Numbered from the stretch's first letter, positions 37,901-51,000 are shown. The stretch is 64,000 nt of DNA from Lingula anatina (GCA_051362555.1 CM120645.1:16182001-16246000), one strand, 5' to 3'. Numbers and translations are program-made. The notes: generated by a model from the sequence alone, not told the origin.

Positions 37901-40900
37901 AGCGCGCTATATAAAAATGTAAACGCACATTACAAATAGATATTGTTTATTAACATAATGTTAAATTGGGTGTCGTATTATTACTCAGGAACACGGAATG
38001 AGTTTACTTTAATAAAGAAATAAATAAACTGAAACACACCGGTGCACATGCTCCGTCCTTCTTTGCAAACTCACTGGAATCAGGCCCTTGATGCCTCTGA
38101 CCAGCCGCCTGTAGTCGTGAGTCATGTACCCAGCCTGACTGTGCTGCCACGCCATTTTAGCAGAAAGGGTAAATATCTGCTTTGATGAATCCATGGGCCG
38201 GTTCCAGCCCTCACTTACTGCCAAATGTACGTTCTCTAAAGCCTTTTCCCTTGCGTCCTCTGGCACCAGATCCCAGCGGTTGCAGACAAAAATAGCACAG
38301 CCAGGGTCAAATATTGGCTCTCCAGCAGTATCCTTCATATCTTGAAGTTGCCGGAGCAATTTTTGGATCTACGGAAAGAACATCAGATAAATAATAAGAT
38401 AAAGATGCTATCATATGGTCTTTGCACACTTCAAATCATTTCATTTATTCTCTCATCTTCAAACGAGAAAGAAAAGGCTATCACACATATTAGATTAAAT
38501 GGAACGTGTTGGAAGTGAGCTGAAAGTAATTTTTGAAAACAAATATTATTTTTAAATTATTAAAATGTTTAAGTCAATTTAGCGAAAATATTATTCCTGA
38601 CTGTTGGTGGCCGTTTAGGATTTTAAACAGTAAAAATGAAATCAGAAAAACTTCTAGTGAACACGTGAGCTGGGATAGTGGTATAAGGCTTGTTAATGAG
38701 TATTTTATATACACTTTGACCAAAAGACTGATCAGGCCTGGCTCAGCTCCTCTCGTTTAGTCGGCCAGTCCTCTTTCCTTCTTATTGCACAGCCTAGAGC
38801 ATCTCAAAAATGCTCTATGGGATTCGAACAAGGAGAAAAGGCAGGCTTGTCTATTTGCCCGGTAGGCCATTGAAGAATTGTTGCGTTCTTTGATCCCGAT
38901 GAAGCTTGTTGAAATAGAAAAAAGACCAAATTGGCTTGGTTTGATGATGGTTCGACCTTCATTATGACTACTACCGTTGGCAAGTTCTAACCCAAAAAGT
39001 ATTGAGCAAACCTACTAGTATCCCAAAATTGACATGGAACAAGGAGTCTTATATCAGTACTATGAAAAAACAACTACATTTTATCAGAAAACCAAACGTG
39101 CACCTAGTAACGCACGTGAAGGCAATGAAGTTGATGGGTCCATTGTAATGTGGGTTCTTCTGTTAGGTGAAGAAAATTTTGTCTGAGTCCTCTGAGAAAA
39201 ATCTGACAACTGTTCTTTGACTACCCATCTGGTAGAGCATACGATCCTTCCAGGTTGTAGTCTTAGGTGGGAAACCACTGCCGATGACTGATCACACATA
39301 TTTCTTTGACCTACAGCTGGATGATATTACGATTTATCTCAGGAAGCTACAGTATCTACTTTTCACACCTCAAGCCTTAAACAAATCAAGGACTATATCC
39401 AATGAAGATCTGTTAAAACAAAACAACCGGAGAAGCGTTAGTAAAGTCATCAGGAAAAGGAGATGGAAATGGTTTGGCCAAGTTTCACCACAAAAGTAAC
39501 CATGTACTAGACACCAGAGGGACACAGAAAAAGAGGCAGACCTAAGACCACGCGGAGGCTGAAACAACTGAGGGAAACCCGGGGAATCATTCAACACCTA
39601 GCTCGTGACAGAGCGCAGTGGGGGATCTTTGTCGGTGCCCTAGACGCCTGACTGCGTGAAAGGATATAGTAGTAGTAGCAGAATTGACAACCTATAACAG
39701 CACTAGACAAAACTGACATGCGACTCCAACTCCAACTCAAAAATGCACGTGACCCATCATATCATTCTGATAAGATATGTCACATAACCATAAGGTTATC
39801 AAATCTAATCAGCACTTTTGTATTAGGAAGGTGATTATCACACTTATACCATTGTGACGATAGTTAAGCTATTTTCATATTTCTGACAATTATTACGGTA
39901 CACTTTGAAATTAAATCATCTCTTGTTTTCGAAATATTCCATTATTTTAGCAAAGGAGTAAGAGGGCTAATATATTTGTATGGTGACTGGTGGTCACTTA
40001 AAGGAAGTTCATGTTCACCCCGCAAGGGCTCTTCGCAACTTTAAGTATGTTGATTTGAATATTTTTAAGCAATACACACTCAAATGCTTTTAATGCAATT
40101 TTGTCTGGGGAAAACTGAGCAAGTATATTGCCAGCAATATTATTGGAGAATTTAGAAAAGCTTTGAATACAATATCAGTGCAGTTTACTTACCCTATCTT
40201 CTTGTACTCCGCCTGACTTATCAGTCATAATGACGTAAATGAAGGCAAAGACGTCATTGTTGGCAATGAAGTCAAGAACCACGTCATCCATGACACCACT
40301 CTCACCAATACCAGGGCTGTCGATGATATACACACCACTCTAAGGGTATAACACCATTTTGTTTATGTATTTTGTGGATACTTAATGTGAAGGCATCATA
40401 CCTTTGACAGAAAGTTTAGCAATTTTCTGTGAAATTACATGTATATACCAGTTCCCAATTTAGTTTCATGTCACAATTTTGCACGGACAGAGAAGTAGAT
40501 CTCTAAAAAAACACAATCTATACATCATTTTCCATATGCCCTGTCTTTATGAAATACGTCATTACCTTTAACAGTTCAAACGGCAAATAAACATCAACAG
40601 TGCACTTTTCCAGTTCATCCTCCCTCGCTGCACCCTTAGGGAATAGAACAGGCTCCAAAGCCGAGCACAAATCATCAGGCTTCTTTATGGGGACTTCTGA
40701 CGACTTTCTGCTGCCGTCAGCATAGTGTGTCACTTTGAATACTCTAGGTTCTTCTCCATACTTTATTCTTGTTATCGCAGCTGTACAGCTTAGATGGGCT
40801 TCCGGTAGGATCTTCTTGCCAAGGAGAAGGTTCAAAAGCGTGCTCTTCCCCGAAGAAGTTTCGCCTAGATTGTGAAAAGCCGTGTATATGTGAAAATATA

Positions 40901-42351
40901 TATAATAAGGTCAAAGTGATAAACAAACAATCAAATGTAAAAAGCAATGTTTATTACATAAACGAATGAACCGATAAAATAATGTGAACAGGAAAGATTA
41001 ATTTTAAAAAAATTAAAAATTAATGACCCAATCTAGAAACATCATATAGATAAAATACATGTATTTATTATCAAATATGCCTATGCATGCGTGTGTAATC
41101 ATCGGATATTGTGATTGTGTTCCCTTTTACAACTGCACATGTCATAATACAGTTGAGCTCAGAAAAACGCTCCCGGTTGTTATCCGTCCGTTACTCACTT
41201 GTTAACAGCAATAATTATAAGGTATTAGAGCTGACATGTCTGGGGATAACACCCCATGCTCCAATGGGTAGCTCAACGACTGGCTAACGATAACACAGTT
41301 AGCAAACATGTATTGTGTTCATGTAATACAATCCATTCATAAATGAAAAAAATATCGCTACCAGTTAAGTGATAAAGCAACTGTTACTTTTGTTAACATC
41401 TAATTTATTCTGAACTCAATAGTATATATAATTTTAATGACATATTAGCAGAGGAAGAGTATTAAGTGCCCAATAATTTGATTATAAACAATGAGTTGTT
41501 TGATTAATAACTCCTACCTGCTACAAGTATTGGGCAGTTACCAGTTTCGAGCATGGTGATCCTTTTACGCACGTTTATGTCTGCGCTCTCAGATACAACA
41601 TTCTCAGCTTCCAGTCTCTTTAAGATGCTCAAGTCAAGTAATTGTAGGGACTCCTTAATGGTTTTAAAGATCGACTGAAGTGCATTTCTTCTTTGCGTAT
41701 CATTCTCTCGTAGTTCAGCGAAAACATCAGCAGCCTAAAATTATATATTTAAATAAACATACACAGTAACTTTTGCACCCTGGTGTCCAACAACATATTC
41801 AATATTCCCAACTGGTATAAGGAAAACGAGGATCAACTGCTCCACGTATCAAATATGGAAGACCCTGCATGAAAGAAGACCAGACAAATCCGCAGATAGG
41901 CTCCCCGCCTCCACACGCGCCATTAAACGATTTAATTCCCTAGCCCAAGGTTTAATTGCTGGACCTCTGCAAGGACGGCGCATGTGGAGACGCAGAGACC
42001 ATTAGCGGATTAGTCGGGTCTTCTTTCATAAAGAGTCCGCCATACTTGATCCGTGGATCAGAAGACCCTCAGGTTTTTCTATTCTGAATGGCCTCTATGT
42101 TTACAAAACAAAAGCAAACAAAAGTAAACGTGGGTATATTTGAATAAAAAGAAAGACATAGACTATACCTTTTCCAATCTGGGAACTTGAGAGTGTTCTG
42201 CCTCGAAATGTAAGCGAAGCCTTTCTTTTAGATCCTGTAGATCTTCAATGTCGTCAGTGTATATCTCATAACGATCGCAAATATCAAAGGCCTCCACGGA
42301 GTCGTTCAAAGACTCGATGGTGTCTAGAGTTATGTCAGTTATATTTGCCAT
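34498..42351 (-). CDS. Gene B: complete dynamin-like GTPase-membrane hairpin-pseudokinase protein, 1027 aa
   Basis: Eight GT-AG exons in frame: 42351-42169, 41734-41518, 40864-40566, 40339-40193, 38368-38040, 37826-36618, 36468-36189, 34917-34498 (3084 nt). G1 ILVAGETSSGKS, G2 SCT, G3 DSPG, G4 NRWD; degenerate kinase motifs identical to gene A. Confidence 0.92.
35294..36030. mobile_element. Foldback-type MITE with C-rich and G-rich arms in gene B intron 7
   Basis: caggacaatccccc... arm versus ...gggttgtcctgatacctg arm; internal inverted pair ccaggtaaaggtggggtaaaca / tgtttaccccactttacctgg. Confidence 0.65.
36189..36468 (-). CDS. Gene B exon 7: pseudokinase to CLDLSMDTVM
   Basis: ttccag|a aaa...acc|gtgagt; 280 nt. 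Confidence 0.9.
36618..37826 (-). CDS. Gene B exon 6: stalk, hydrophobic hairpin, pseudokinase N-lobe start
   Basis: Overlaps the 405-aa ORF; ttttag|a tgg...atg ag|gtgtgt. Confidence 0.92.
38040..38368 (-). CDS. Gene B exon 5: GTPase G4/G5
   Basis: gtag|atc caa; FVCNRWD; 329 nt. Confidence 0.9.
39385..39680 (+). mobile_element. RTE-type LINE 3' fragment
   Basis: ISNEDLL...IRKRRWKWFGQV, then PEGHRKRGRPKTT, followed by a (TAG)n tail. Confidence 0.65.
40193..40339 (-). CDS. Gene B exon 4: GTPase G3 (IDSPGIG)
   Basis: ttag|agt ggt...agg|gtaagt; 147 nt. Confidence 0.9.
40566..40864 (-). CDS. Gene B exon 3: P-loop GETSSGKS and G2 SCT
   Basis: ctag|gc gaa...aag|gtaatg; 299 nt. Confidence 0.9.
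41518..41734 (-). CDS. Gene B exon 2: helical neck leading to ILVAG
   Basis: ttttag|gct gct...gca g|gtagga; parallels gene C exon 2 (AA...ILVAG, phase 1). Confidence 0.85.
41818..42085. mobile_element. Long imperfect palindrome (hairpin MITE) in gene B intron 1
   Basis: atgaaagaagacc.gac.aatccgc versus gcggattagtcgggtcttctttcat; arms about 100 bp. Confidence 0.65.
42169..42351 (-). CDS. Gene B exon 1 (coding part): acidic N-terminal helical module
   Basis: ATG in gcagcaATGG context; aag|gtatag donor; acceptor at 42401-42402 implies an upstream UTR exon. Confidence 0.8.
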
Positions 42352-42529
42352 TGCTGCTACCGCCTCTTATTTCCAAGTATTTTGTGTTTTCTGTTATAAC
42401 CTAAAAATGATAAAGATGTGAATGGGTCGGTGTTTTTAAAAGAGAGAAAATGCACTATTATCTGTGTCAAAATTAGATTAAAGGATTTCTGGCCTTGAGA
42501 GTAATACAAAAATGCTGGTGATTATGGTG

Positions 42530-43130
42530 ATTATAATAATACTAATAATAATCATAATAATAATAATAATAGTTTATTAGGTAAAATTGGAAACCTACGG
42601 TTGAAGTTGTACAAAGTATGTTTAAAAGAAAATCGACAATAAACTTTAAATCATAAAGCAATATATGTGGTGTTTCGCCGAATTTGCAAATTTCGTAAAT
42701 GGAAGTATCATCAACATCTGGACAACAAGTTTTTCAGGTCATTGATCATTGCAAGGAAAAGAGTTAGGCCTAATTTAGTACCCTGAAGCACTCCTCCAAC
42801 CAATCAGAATTAAAGCTACTGCATTTTACTCGCAAAGAAAGGAATAAATCCATCGTCTTTGAAAGTCTGGTATCACTTGAATTTCTAATTTTTTTCATTT
42901 AGATATTGTGATCAATCCTTTTGAAAGCCTTAACAAAATTTAAGAATAACACCTGACCATAAGACTTTGTTGTGGGGGATGATTCAAGTCCTCCTATAGT
43001 AATTTATGTGTCAATTTAACTAGGGCATGGGAAGTTGAACGGGCACGCTGGAAACAAGATATCAAAATCGTCAAATAGGGGCGTTAAGGCATTAATTTCT
43101 AAAGAGGCTCTGTGTTGTATTCAGATCCAT
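42530..43130 (-). mobile_element. Degenerate CR1-like LINE fragment with (ATT)n tail
   Basis: Minus-strand RSTSHALVKL and NFVKAFKRIDHNI (RT DFSKAFD motif); (TAA)n at 42530-42572. Confidence 0.5.
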
Positions 43131-43715
43131 TGACCCATCAAGGTAACAGCCGAGTCTGTCTCTTTGTCACCTTGGTTATCACTATGGCAATGCAGTCGAG
43201 GTCAATCGATTATACGACAAGCGTTGTGCATTGAAAAGAGGAGTTATATGGCGTCATATCATATATCTGGGACCCAACAAGCATATACACTTGTATTTGT
43301 GAATCTTAGCATACATGTGACTGACTTAAATCGCAGATAGGACTATTCTAGTTCTGCTGAGGGTGAAGATATAGCCTACTAGTTCACTAACACCCCCTGG
43401 TGGTTTTGTTGTTGTTATGCGTTTTGTTGAGACCCTCACTTTACAGAAGGGAGCAAATAGGCTGGGGGCTTAAACAATGATTCAATTTCGACGTGAACAT
43501 TATTCGCCATTCTGCTGCAAAACTTCAAAAGGCATGTGTCAATGCATTACGATCACGTGGTATAAGTGTAATGTACATCTAGATTACCACGCAATCTGTT
43601 GGGCAACATCATTTGTTCAAAGAAAAAGCAATGATTCGCCCCCAGAAACTGAGGTCGGCGAAAAAAAAGAGATTGAATCCAGAACAGCAATATCTGAGTA
43701 TAGAGCAATAAAAGT

Positions 43716-43977
43716 AAGACCCCGTTTCTTAACCAAGATCGACATAGCAAGATCGACCCATCTCCGAAGGGTTTCTCGTTTAATTGCATTCCGCTTAAGC
43801 GGCTCTGATATCTGACACACCTACTGAAGCTATTAGGGGGTAAACAACTATCGTTAAACAACTTCAGTAGGCGTGCTAGACATCTAAATGACTGAAGCTG
43901 AATGCAATTTAGCGAGAAACCTGTTGGATCTGGGTGGATCTTGCTAGATCGATCTATGTATTGTAACGGTGTCTAAA
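43716..43977. mobile_element. Hairpin MITE (Harbinger-like ends)
   Basis: About 110-bp imperfect inverted arms: agaccccgtt...cctactgaag / cttcagtagg...aacggtgtct. Confidence 0.7.
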
Positions 43978-44205
43978 ATACGTTTTGTAGGCATTTTTCA
44001 TGCACTTTATATCATTATGACCACTTGATAGAATCCCGTCATTTTAATATGTATTAAAAAACACAATATGAATTACATGACGTGACTTTAACCGAAAAAC
44101 CTGCTTATGTCCATTGTATTGTCAGACTGCGTTATCCACGTGCAAATAGGGTCACTGGTTAATTTGTACGTCAGTTAATGTAACAGGATCAGGCATAAAA
44201 CTTAC

Positions 44206-44569
44206 CTTTGCTGGACATAACGTGGATTAAAACGGAGGGTAAAGGAACTCCACGATGTAATTCTTTTCGGCGAAGCGACTCTCTTCCAAGAATGTGCGAC
44301 TTCCATTAAATCGACCCCCAGATCAGCTGCCATCATTTGTATAACAATAATGTAGGTCAAAGATGTTTTTGCAACGGCACATCCAGGTGTGCTTGAAAAA
44401 TTGATAAATATACCTATTTTGTATAGTCTGGGCGTTGTCGTTGTGGAGAAAGAAGGATCTCAGGTGGGGAGAACATTACTAAGTTTAGCTGTAGTATAGG
44501 CGATACCTTCTATTAGCGTCTTAAAAAACAGGATCCATACTGCTTTTGTCTTTGTCGACCAACAGGCAG
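44206..44569. promoter_or_regulatory. Candidate bidirectional promoter and non-coding first exons of genes B and C
   Basis: Minus-strand donor AAG|GTAAGT at 44205/44206 and plus-strand donor CAG|GTGAGT at 44569/44570; both start codons are preceded by splice acceptors (42401-42402; 44857-44858). Confidence 0.5.
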
Positions 44570-44863
44570 GTGAGTGTATACGCCGCATGCATCAAAATGA
44601 CACTGTTTTTAGAAGGGCGGGAAGACATTTTTCTTCGATTATATGTGTCACAGGCCAGATCACAGTATAGTACACTTCTTAAGTGACCCAGACCACATCC
44701 CAATTTGGTCTTTGCATTGTTAACAGCATAACGATGTTAAATGGCCAAGTAATTTACAGGTGAACTGCCAGTTTCTTTGTACGGCGTGTGTAATTAAATA
44801 GGGGTGTCATAGATAGATAACAAAATATTATTTTTATTTCTTTTTTACATTCCTAAAGAAAAA

Positions 44864-45055
44864 ATGGCTGGTCAATACTCACCCCCAATTTCGTTAGCTG
44901 AAATAGATGCTATATCCAATTTGAAAGAAGGCATAAAGAAGTTACGAGAGTTAGGGATAGATCACGCTGGTGTGAAGAACAAGGACGACGTAGTCCTCAG
45001 ATTGAGAAAATTCTTGAAACTACATGGTGTAGGTGTGGCTGAGGACCCACTGAAT
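44864..45055 (+). CDS. Gene C exon 1 (coding part): N-terminal helical module
   Basis: aaaATGG; aat|gtaagt; 64 codons. Confidence 0.82.
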
Positions 45056-48000
45056 GTAAGTTTAAAATGCTGTAGGTAATAATTCATGATATCCGTTCTC
45101 ACTTCGCTTTTTATAGATTTAATCAGGCCTACAACTTAACATATGCTATATATTAGTTTTAATTCACTACAAAATCTAAATGAGGAGACAAACGAAGGAT
45201 ATTTAGAGGCCGTTCGTAGTCAAAATATTTCTAAAAAGTGGACTTCCATCCAAAACCTGACTGGAAGTCAAATTTTGTAAATGGTCGCTTTATTTTTCAT
45301 TTCAGGCCGCTGAACTAATGGCAGATGCCTTGGAGGAAGATAAAGAGACAAGAAAACAGCTACAGCAATTATACAAAGACACGATTGAGTATATTTCTGG
45401 TTTACCAGAAAGGAGACGTGATGACCTAAATCAAAACATTACGCGAGTGGTAGAAAGATTAAGTGAAAGCATTGGAGAACTCTCTAAAAGCGAAAGTGGA
45501 ATTTTAGTAGCAGGTATATCTGAATGATTTAAGAGGGCTTTACATCCCCAGAAATGCACTGCATGACGTCACGCTTAGCCCACTGCGCATGCGTGCACTT
45601 TTAATGAGTTGCTAGATTGCCATAGGAAAATGAATGGGTTCGCGATTCGTGGGTAATTCGTGATAATTGACAAACTAGCGGCCTGATGCCGATAGACAGC
45701 AACGCTGTACTATGCTTCAAGCAACTCCTGACCAAATATCGCTAGGGTTTTTAAAAAATTCTGTTGTACACACGTACTAAGAAGTTTGCCGTGTATTGCC
45801 TAGCCTACCCTCAGCAAAAAGCACATATTTTCAGAAATAGTGATTTAAGACGGTAGATTCACTCAGAAACAAAGGCAAATTAATTCGTTACCGATAGCAC
45901 CAGCAGATAGCAGCACCATACAGAGTCTGATTAAAAACTTTCGTGGCAATTGAAGAACTTTTACCACTGTACAATGGAGTCCAAAAAAAGCACTTGGCAT
46001 AAATGTGAAACTGCCCAGTGCAAGGCCAAGAATTCAATCGTATTTTCAATCATATTATCAGATTCTTCATAAATTGACTTACAATATCACTACTCAGTAT
46101 TTAACTAATCTCTTAATCCAAAATTCCTATCATCATTTAATAATAATGCAAAATTCTTCTTTCAGATTGCTATTTATTTAAAATTTTAATGCTGCAACTG
46201 TTCCAAAATAATCTTGTAGTAAAGGAAAAATGCAAATAAGAAGTGGAAAACCAATTTTACCCACATTATTAAATTATTTGAATATAAAAAGAATAAGATC
46301 ACGATTTGACAAATTAAAATAATCTTTCATTAACTCTTTCATGAATAACATATTAAACAAAATTAAAGTTATAAATTAGTGGTAATGGCTTATTCTGGAA
46401 TATATGACCTCTGCACATCATCAGTACCTGACTTGGTACAGTATAGTTACTACTTGGATTCAGAGTTAGATTTAATAATGTAACAATAAGAACAATATAT
46501 ATTACAATAAACATCTCTGCACATGTCAGACGCTTGTTACCATGAACTAACACTACTTGACAATGGGCTGAGCACTTATCACAGAGTCTGTGTGCGATGC
46601 CATTGTTGTGCTGTGATTGGCTAGTTGAGTCACGTGAAGCCCTACTGTAGCGCCCTCGCGTATCGCGTGAATGCTGCGCATTTCTGGCCATGAAGCTTTT
46701 AAACATGATTGATCAGAACAATATCTGCCATAGTGGCCCCTTTAATTTTCAAGTTCTTAGTCGAGAGTTAAGACTTAGCCCTGCCATGATGAGACAACTG
46801 TAGACCTACATGTATTTTTAATCTAAAACATCTTAAAATTAGGTTTTAACTATATGAACTCTATATGACTTGTGCCATGACTTGCGATATTCTGCTTTTT
46901 AGCCCATGCCAGCCCATTCTCCTACGATCTGTCAACTGGCATTTGTTTACATTAGCACACGACTGTGTAAATTCGCGATCATGTATTAATATTGATTTTG
47001 CATAATAATCGGACTCTTTGCTATAACATTTCAGTATTTGCCATATTTCATTCATATATATAATTCAGGTGAGACCGGTGCTGGCAAGAGTTGTCTGTTG
47101 AATCTACTCCTTGGGGAAGATCTTCTTCCAACGGATTTCTTCAGTTGTACAGCAGTGTTGTGTGAATTAAGGTACGGCGACCAAAGGAAGGCTGTTGCAC
47201 ATTTCTGGGACACCAGTTTACAACCTGTTACCTTGGACCTGGAAGTGCCAGATCCTCTTGAGGTTTTGAAGCCTTACATATTTCAGGAAAAGGGACGAGG
47301 AAGGGATATATTTCCATACAACAGAGTCCAGTTATTTTGGCCTATCCCTCTGCTCCAGGTAACATAAGCTACGCGTTGACAAATTTTGGGAGACCCTGAA
47401 GCAATATTAAACGGCACTTATTTCTCAAAGAATGATATATCGTTAAATTAGTTCCATAAAAAGTATTAATCGTACCCACATATCTCTGAAAATAAAGATT
47501 TCGTGGCGAAATGTCCGTCACATAAAATATTTCCGTTCTCAATCAGTATAATGAAGCAAGACAAATTTCAATGAAAATTTAGCATGCAATTCTTAGAAAC
47601 AGGCTATCAGTTAAATGATGTTGCAAGGGCTTAAGAAGTTCATAATTTATTCACGTATGTAAAATCTATTTCATATTAAAGGCATCTAAAAACATTTATT
47701 TACAGGGAGGTGTCTACATCATGGACAGCCCGGGTATAGGAGAGAGTGAAATGATGACAAAACTTACAAAGAGTTACTTGGCCAAGGCATTTTCCTTCAT
47801 CTACGTCATCAACAGCATGGTGGCCGGAGGAGTGCAAGAAGATAGGGTAATATGGATTGCAAAGTTTATTTGTTTGAACATTTTAGGTGGGTGAATAAGG
47901 GTAACAGGGATGCAACTTTGACCTTTTTCCTAAAACATTTTACGTTGATGAATAATTAAGCTAAGTAGAATGGTACAGGTCGGCTGCAACTTAATCTCTC

Positions 48001-51000
48001 TTATAGGATAAAGGGGTTTTAAAGTAAGTTAAGAAGTAAGTGATGACGTCGAATTAGATAAATAAGGTTTTCTCTATATATAACTTTTTAAGAGATGAGC
48101 TTTTTGGGCAGCTCCAGATCAGTCGTAAAATTCAGCCAGTTTTGTGCTAATTTAGTTTAATGGTGTTTTTAATGTCTAATGTGTTCGAAATTCCGTGTCA
48201 TTACATTAACAACTTTTTTGTTTTGTCTTTTAAGTGTCAAAGCACCAAAATAGCAAAGGGTTATTACAGAGCATTATATACATATATTGCAATTTTCAAT
48301 TTCTAAACTGTCTTGATTTGTCTTAAATCTCAGCCCATACTTTCCAAGAGCACATTTCCATCGAGCTTGAGGTTATTTTTCAATTTCAGCGAGTGTAAAC
48401 CGAAAAATTAATCTGAGAACGGAGATTCCGCGTTTTGTGTAAAGTGATTTTTCTCTTAGGAATAAGGATTTGTCAGTTTTGAAAAAGACAGAGAGAGAGA
48501 AAATAAGAATTTCGACGCAAAACACAAAAGGTACACCACAGTAGAAAAGAACATGAAATATTATACACTGTTCACCTCAAAGGATGAAAATAAGAGATGC
48601 CTTTGGATGGTGCCTTATTTTGTTAAAAAATATCGGGCAAACCAGGCTCATACATATTGTGCACTGAGGGAGGAGTACGCTAAAAATATGCGTTAACACG
48701 TCAAAATTTGCGTTTACTAGATGACAAATACACATAAAATAAATGAATTGTTTTTGTTTCTTCATTAATATGTATATAAACTGCCTATCGGAAAAAAACA
48801 TTGTAAAAACATTGTAAAATATAAAGATAAAATGTCATATAAATAGAATAAAGCAAACGTTTATTATATCTTTAAAACTACTATGTCTCTATACCTATTT
48901 CTGGTTTGTCAAATTAATTGCAATAGTACACACCATATCATTCCCATTCTGAAAGAATTGCACTGGCTGCCTGTGAAGCAGAGGATTGATTTTAAAGTGT
49001 TTTAACTTACCACGGCGGTCCACACATTTTTATACTGATAATGATCTTATTTTAGAACATTCTGTTTTAGAGAAGGGGTGCCTCAAAAGTTTTGGAGATC
49101 GTGCTTTTATAATCTACGCCCCAAAAGTGTGGAATGCCCTACCAAATATTATTAGAAAAACAGAAGACTTTGACAATTGTAAATCTCTTTTAAAGACCCC
49201 CATTTTTAATTATATATATATATTTTTTTAATAAGATTGATTTTGGTAGTGGAATTTTAAATGGTTTCCAATGAGTGCTTTAGTCATTTTAATGATTTTA
49301 GTATATTAGCCATTATTGTGAGGCGCCTTGAGATAGAATGTAAGGCGCCATATAAGAATCTTATTATTATTTTTATTATTATTATTAATTTCTTTGGAGA
49401 TTATTACGGAGGTATAGCTATCTATGAAGATCCACGTGATCTGATGGCAAGCACAGATTCAAGAACTGTGATAACTGCTTTTTGGTAGTTAAATGGAATT
49501 TATTATTTTACTCTGAATTGTTTACAGTGTATTTATTGTGAATTAGGTATCTCATACGAACAACTGTGATCCCTTTTAGGCGAGAGCACTTGGTAAGTAA
49601 TTTCGTTTTTTATATGGTAGGACAAGTTGACAGCAAAGCAAATCTTCAGTTGACTTCAGTGGTGAAGTTAGTAAGTCGATTAGTATCGATGCGCTGTCTC
49701 TTCTTTGTAGCTTCAGGATCTCCTTAGTGATGTAGTGAGGAGTAATTTCGAGACAGAAGACAAAAATGGCGGCACAGAAAGACTTGCTTCTGGTGTCCGA
49801 CTGTTCAATCCTTCGACGGCCATCTTTGTTCTCAACAAGTGGGACCAGGTGCCAGAAAAAGAAAAGACAGATGTTTTTAAAGACACTCTTCGCAAGCTAC
49901 AAAACATCTGTGACGGTTTTACTGCAGACCAGCTTTTTCCTATATCAGTAACAAAGGTGAGATTATATAATTAACCTTATTAACTTTATCGGACGCCCTA
50001 TGGCTAGTTAATCCCAATGGATCAGAGGATCAGTTAAAAGCAGTCTTCTGATTCATCGTCTGGACCAAAAAGTATCAAAAAATCATTTTTTTTTTTTTTT
50101 TGTGAAAGAAAGAACTGCCGCTGATAATGCAGTCCTTTAATTAATTGCCACCGAGTACATCATTGTAAGCATGTCTGGTTTTCTGGTGAAGAGAGATATC
50201 TTCTTCTTTGTGTTAGCAGACTTCATATCACATATCAAGTTTTGGATAGATTTGGTGAAGACCCTGCGTGAACTGTTGCCCACGGGGTTGGCTCTGCCAA
50301 CCTTCTGGATTCCATTCTTTACAGAATTCAACCAGTGTAGTTAGTGTAGTGTAGTTGTATTTATCAGGAAAGTGTAGTTGTAGTCCTCAAGATGCATGTT
50401 CTAGCACCAGAAATGGTAGATTCTATTTTGATTATTTTTTTCCAACGTGACAATGCTCCTCCTCGCCGTGCTCACAGAAAACAATTCTTCGTAGACCAGG
50501 AAATTGAGCAAGTAGGTCAACTGGTTTAAACACAAGCAGTGCTGAGATACTCTAAACCGTAGTGTAAATTGGTAAAACGACAAAGCTGGGCCGATTTCAC
50601 TGGTTGAGCTGAAGTAGGCTTTTGTCTTGAGGTGGGCTTATTTCAGCCAGAGATTCATCAACAAATAGTAGACACTGGTTGATTTAAAATAGATGACCGT
50701 CATCTGGGTTGGAGTTGAAAACGCAAAATACTACCTCTTTGCTTACATTTTTACTTCTACTGCATTTCTCCCCAATCCAGGATTCTTGGAACACAACTTA
50801 ATCCTTTCACTATAAATTGCCGGTAATCTATCAATTCTATAATTGCTCAACAAAATAAACACAAACAAAAAACAAATCCCAAAAACAACTTGCTTAAAAG
50901 AAGAACATGAAATAATACTAAGCTAAAACTGGCAGAATTGTACTTAATATTTGAATTAAGTTTGAACTTACTGTAGCCGCAGCTGCAATATCCTGTTGGA

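Noticed and set aside
44230-44460. NF-kB or ISRE sites in the candidate promoter (e.g. AAGGAACTCC)
   Set aside because: Only partial consensus matches, expected by chance; not evidence of immune regulation
45530-46705. Possible TIR DNA element in gene C intron 2 (ccagaaatgc / gcatttctgg)
   Set aside because: The inverted match is short and degenerate, and no TSD or coding remnant could be confirmed
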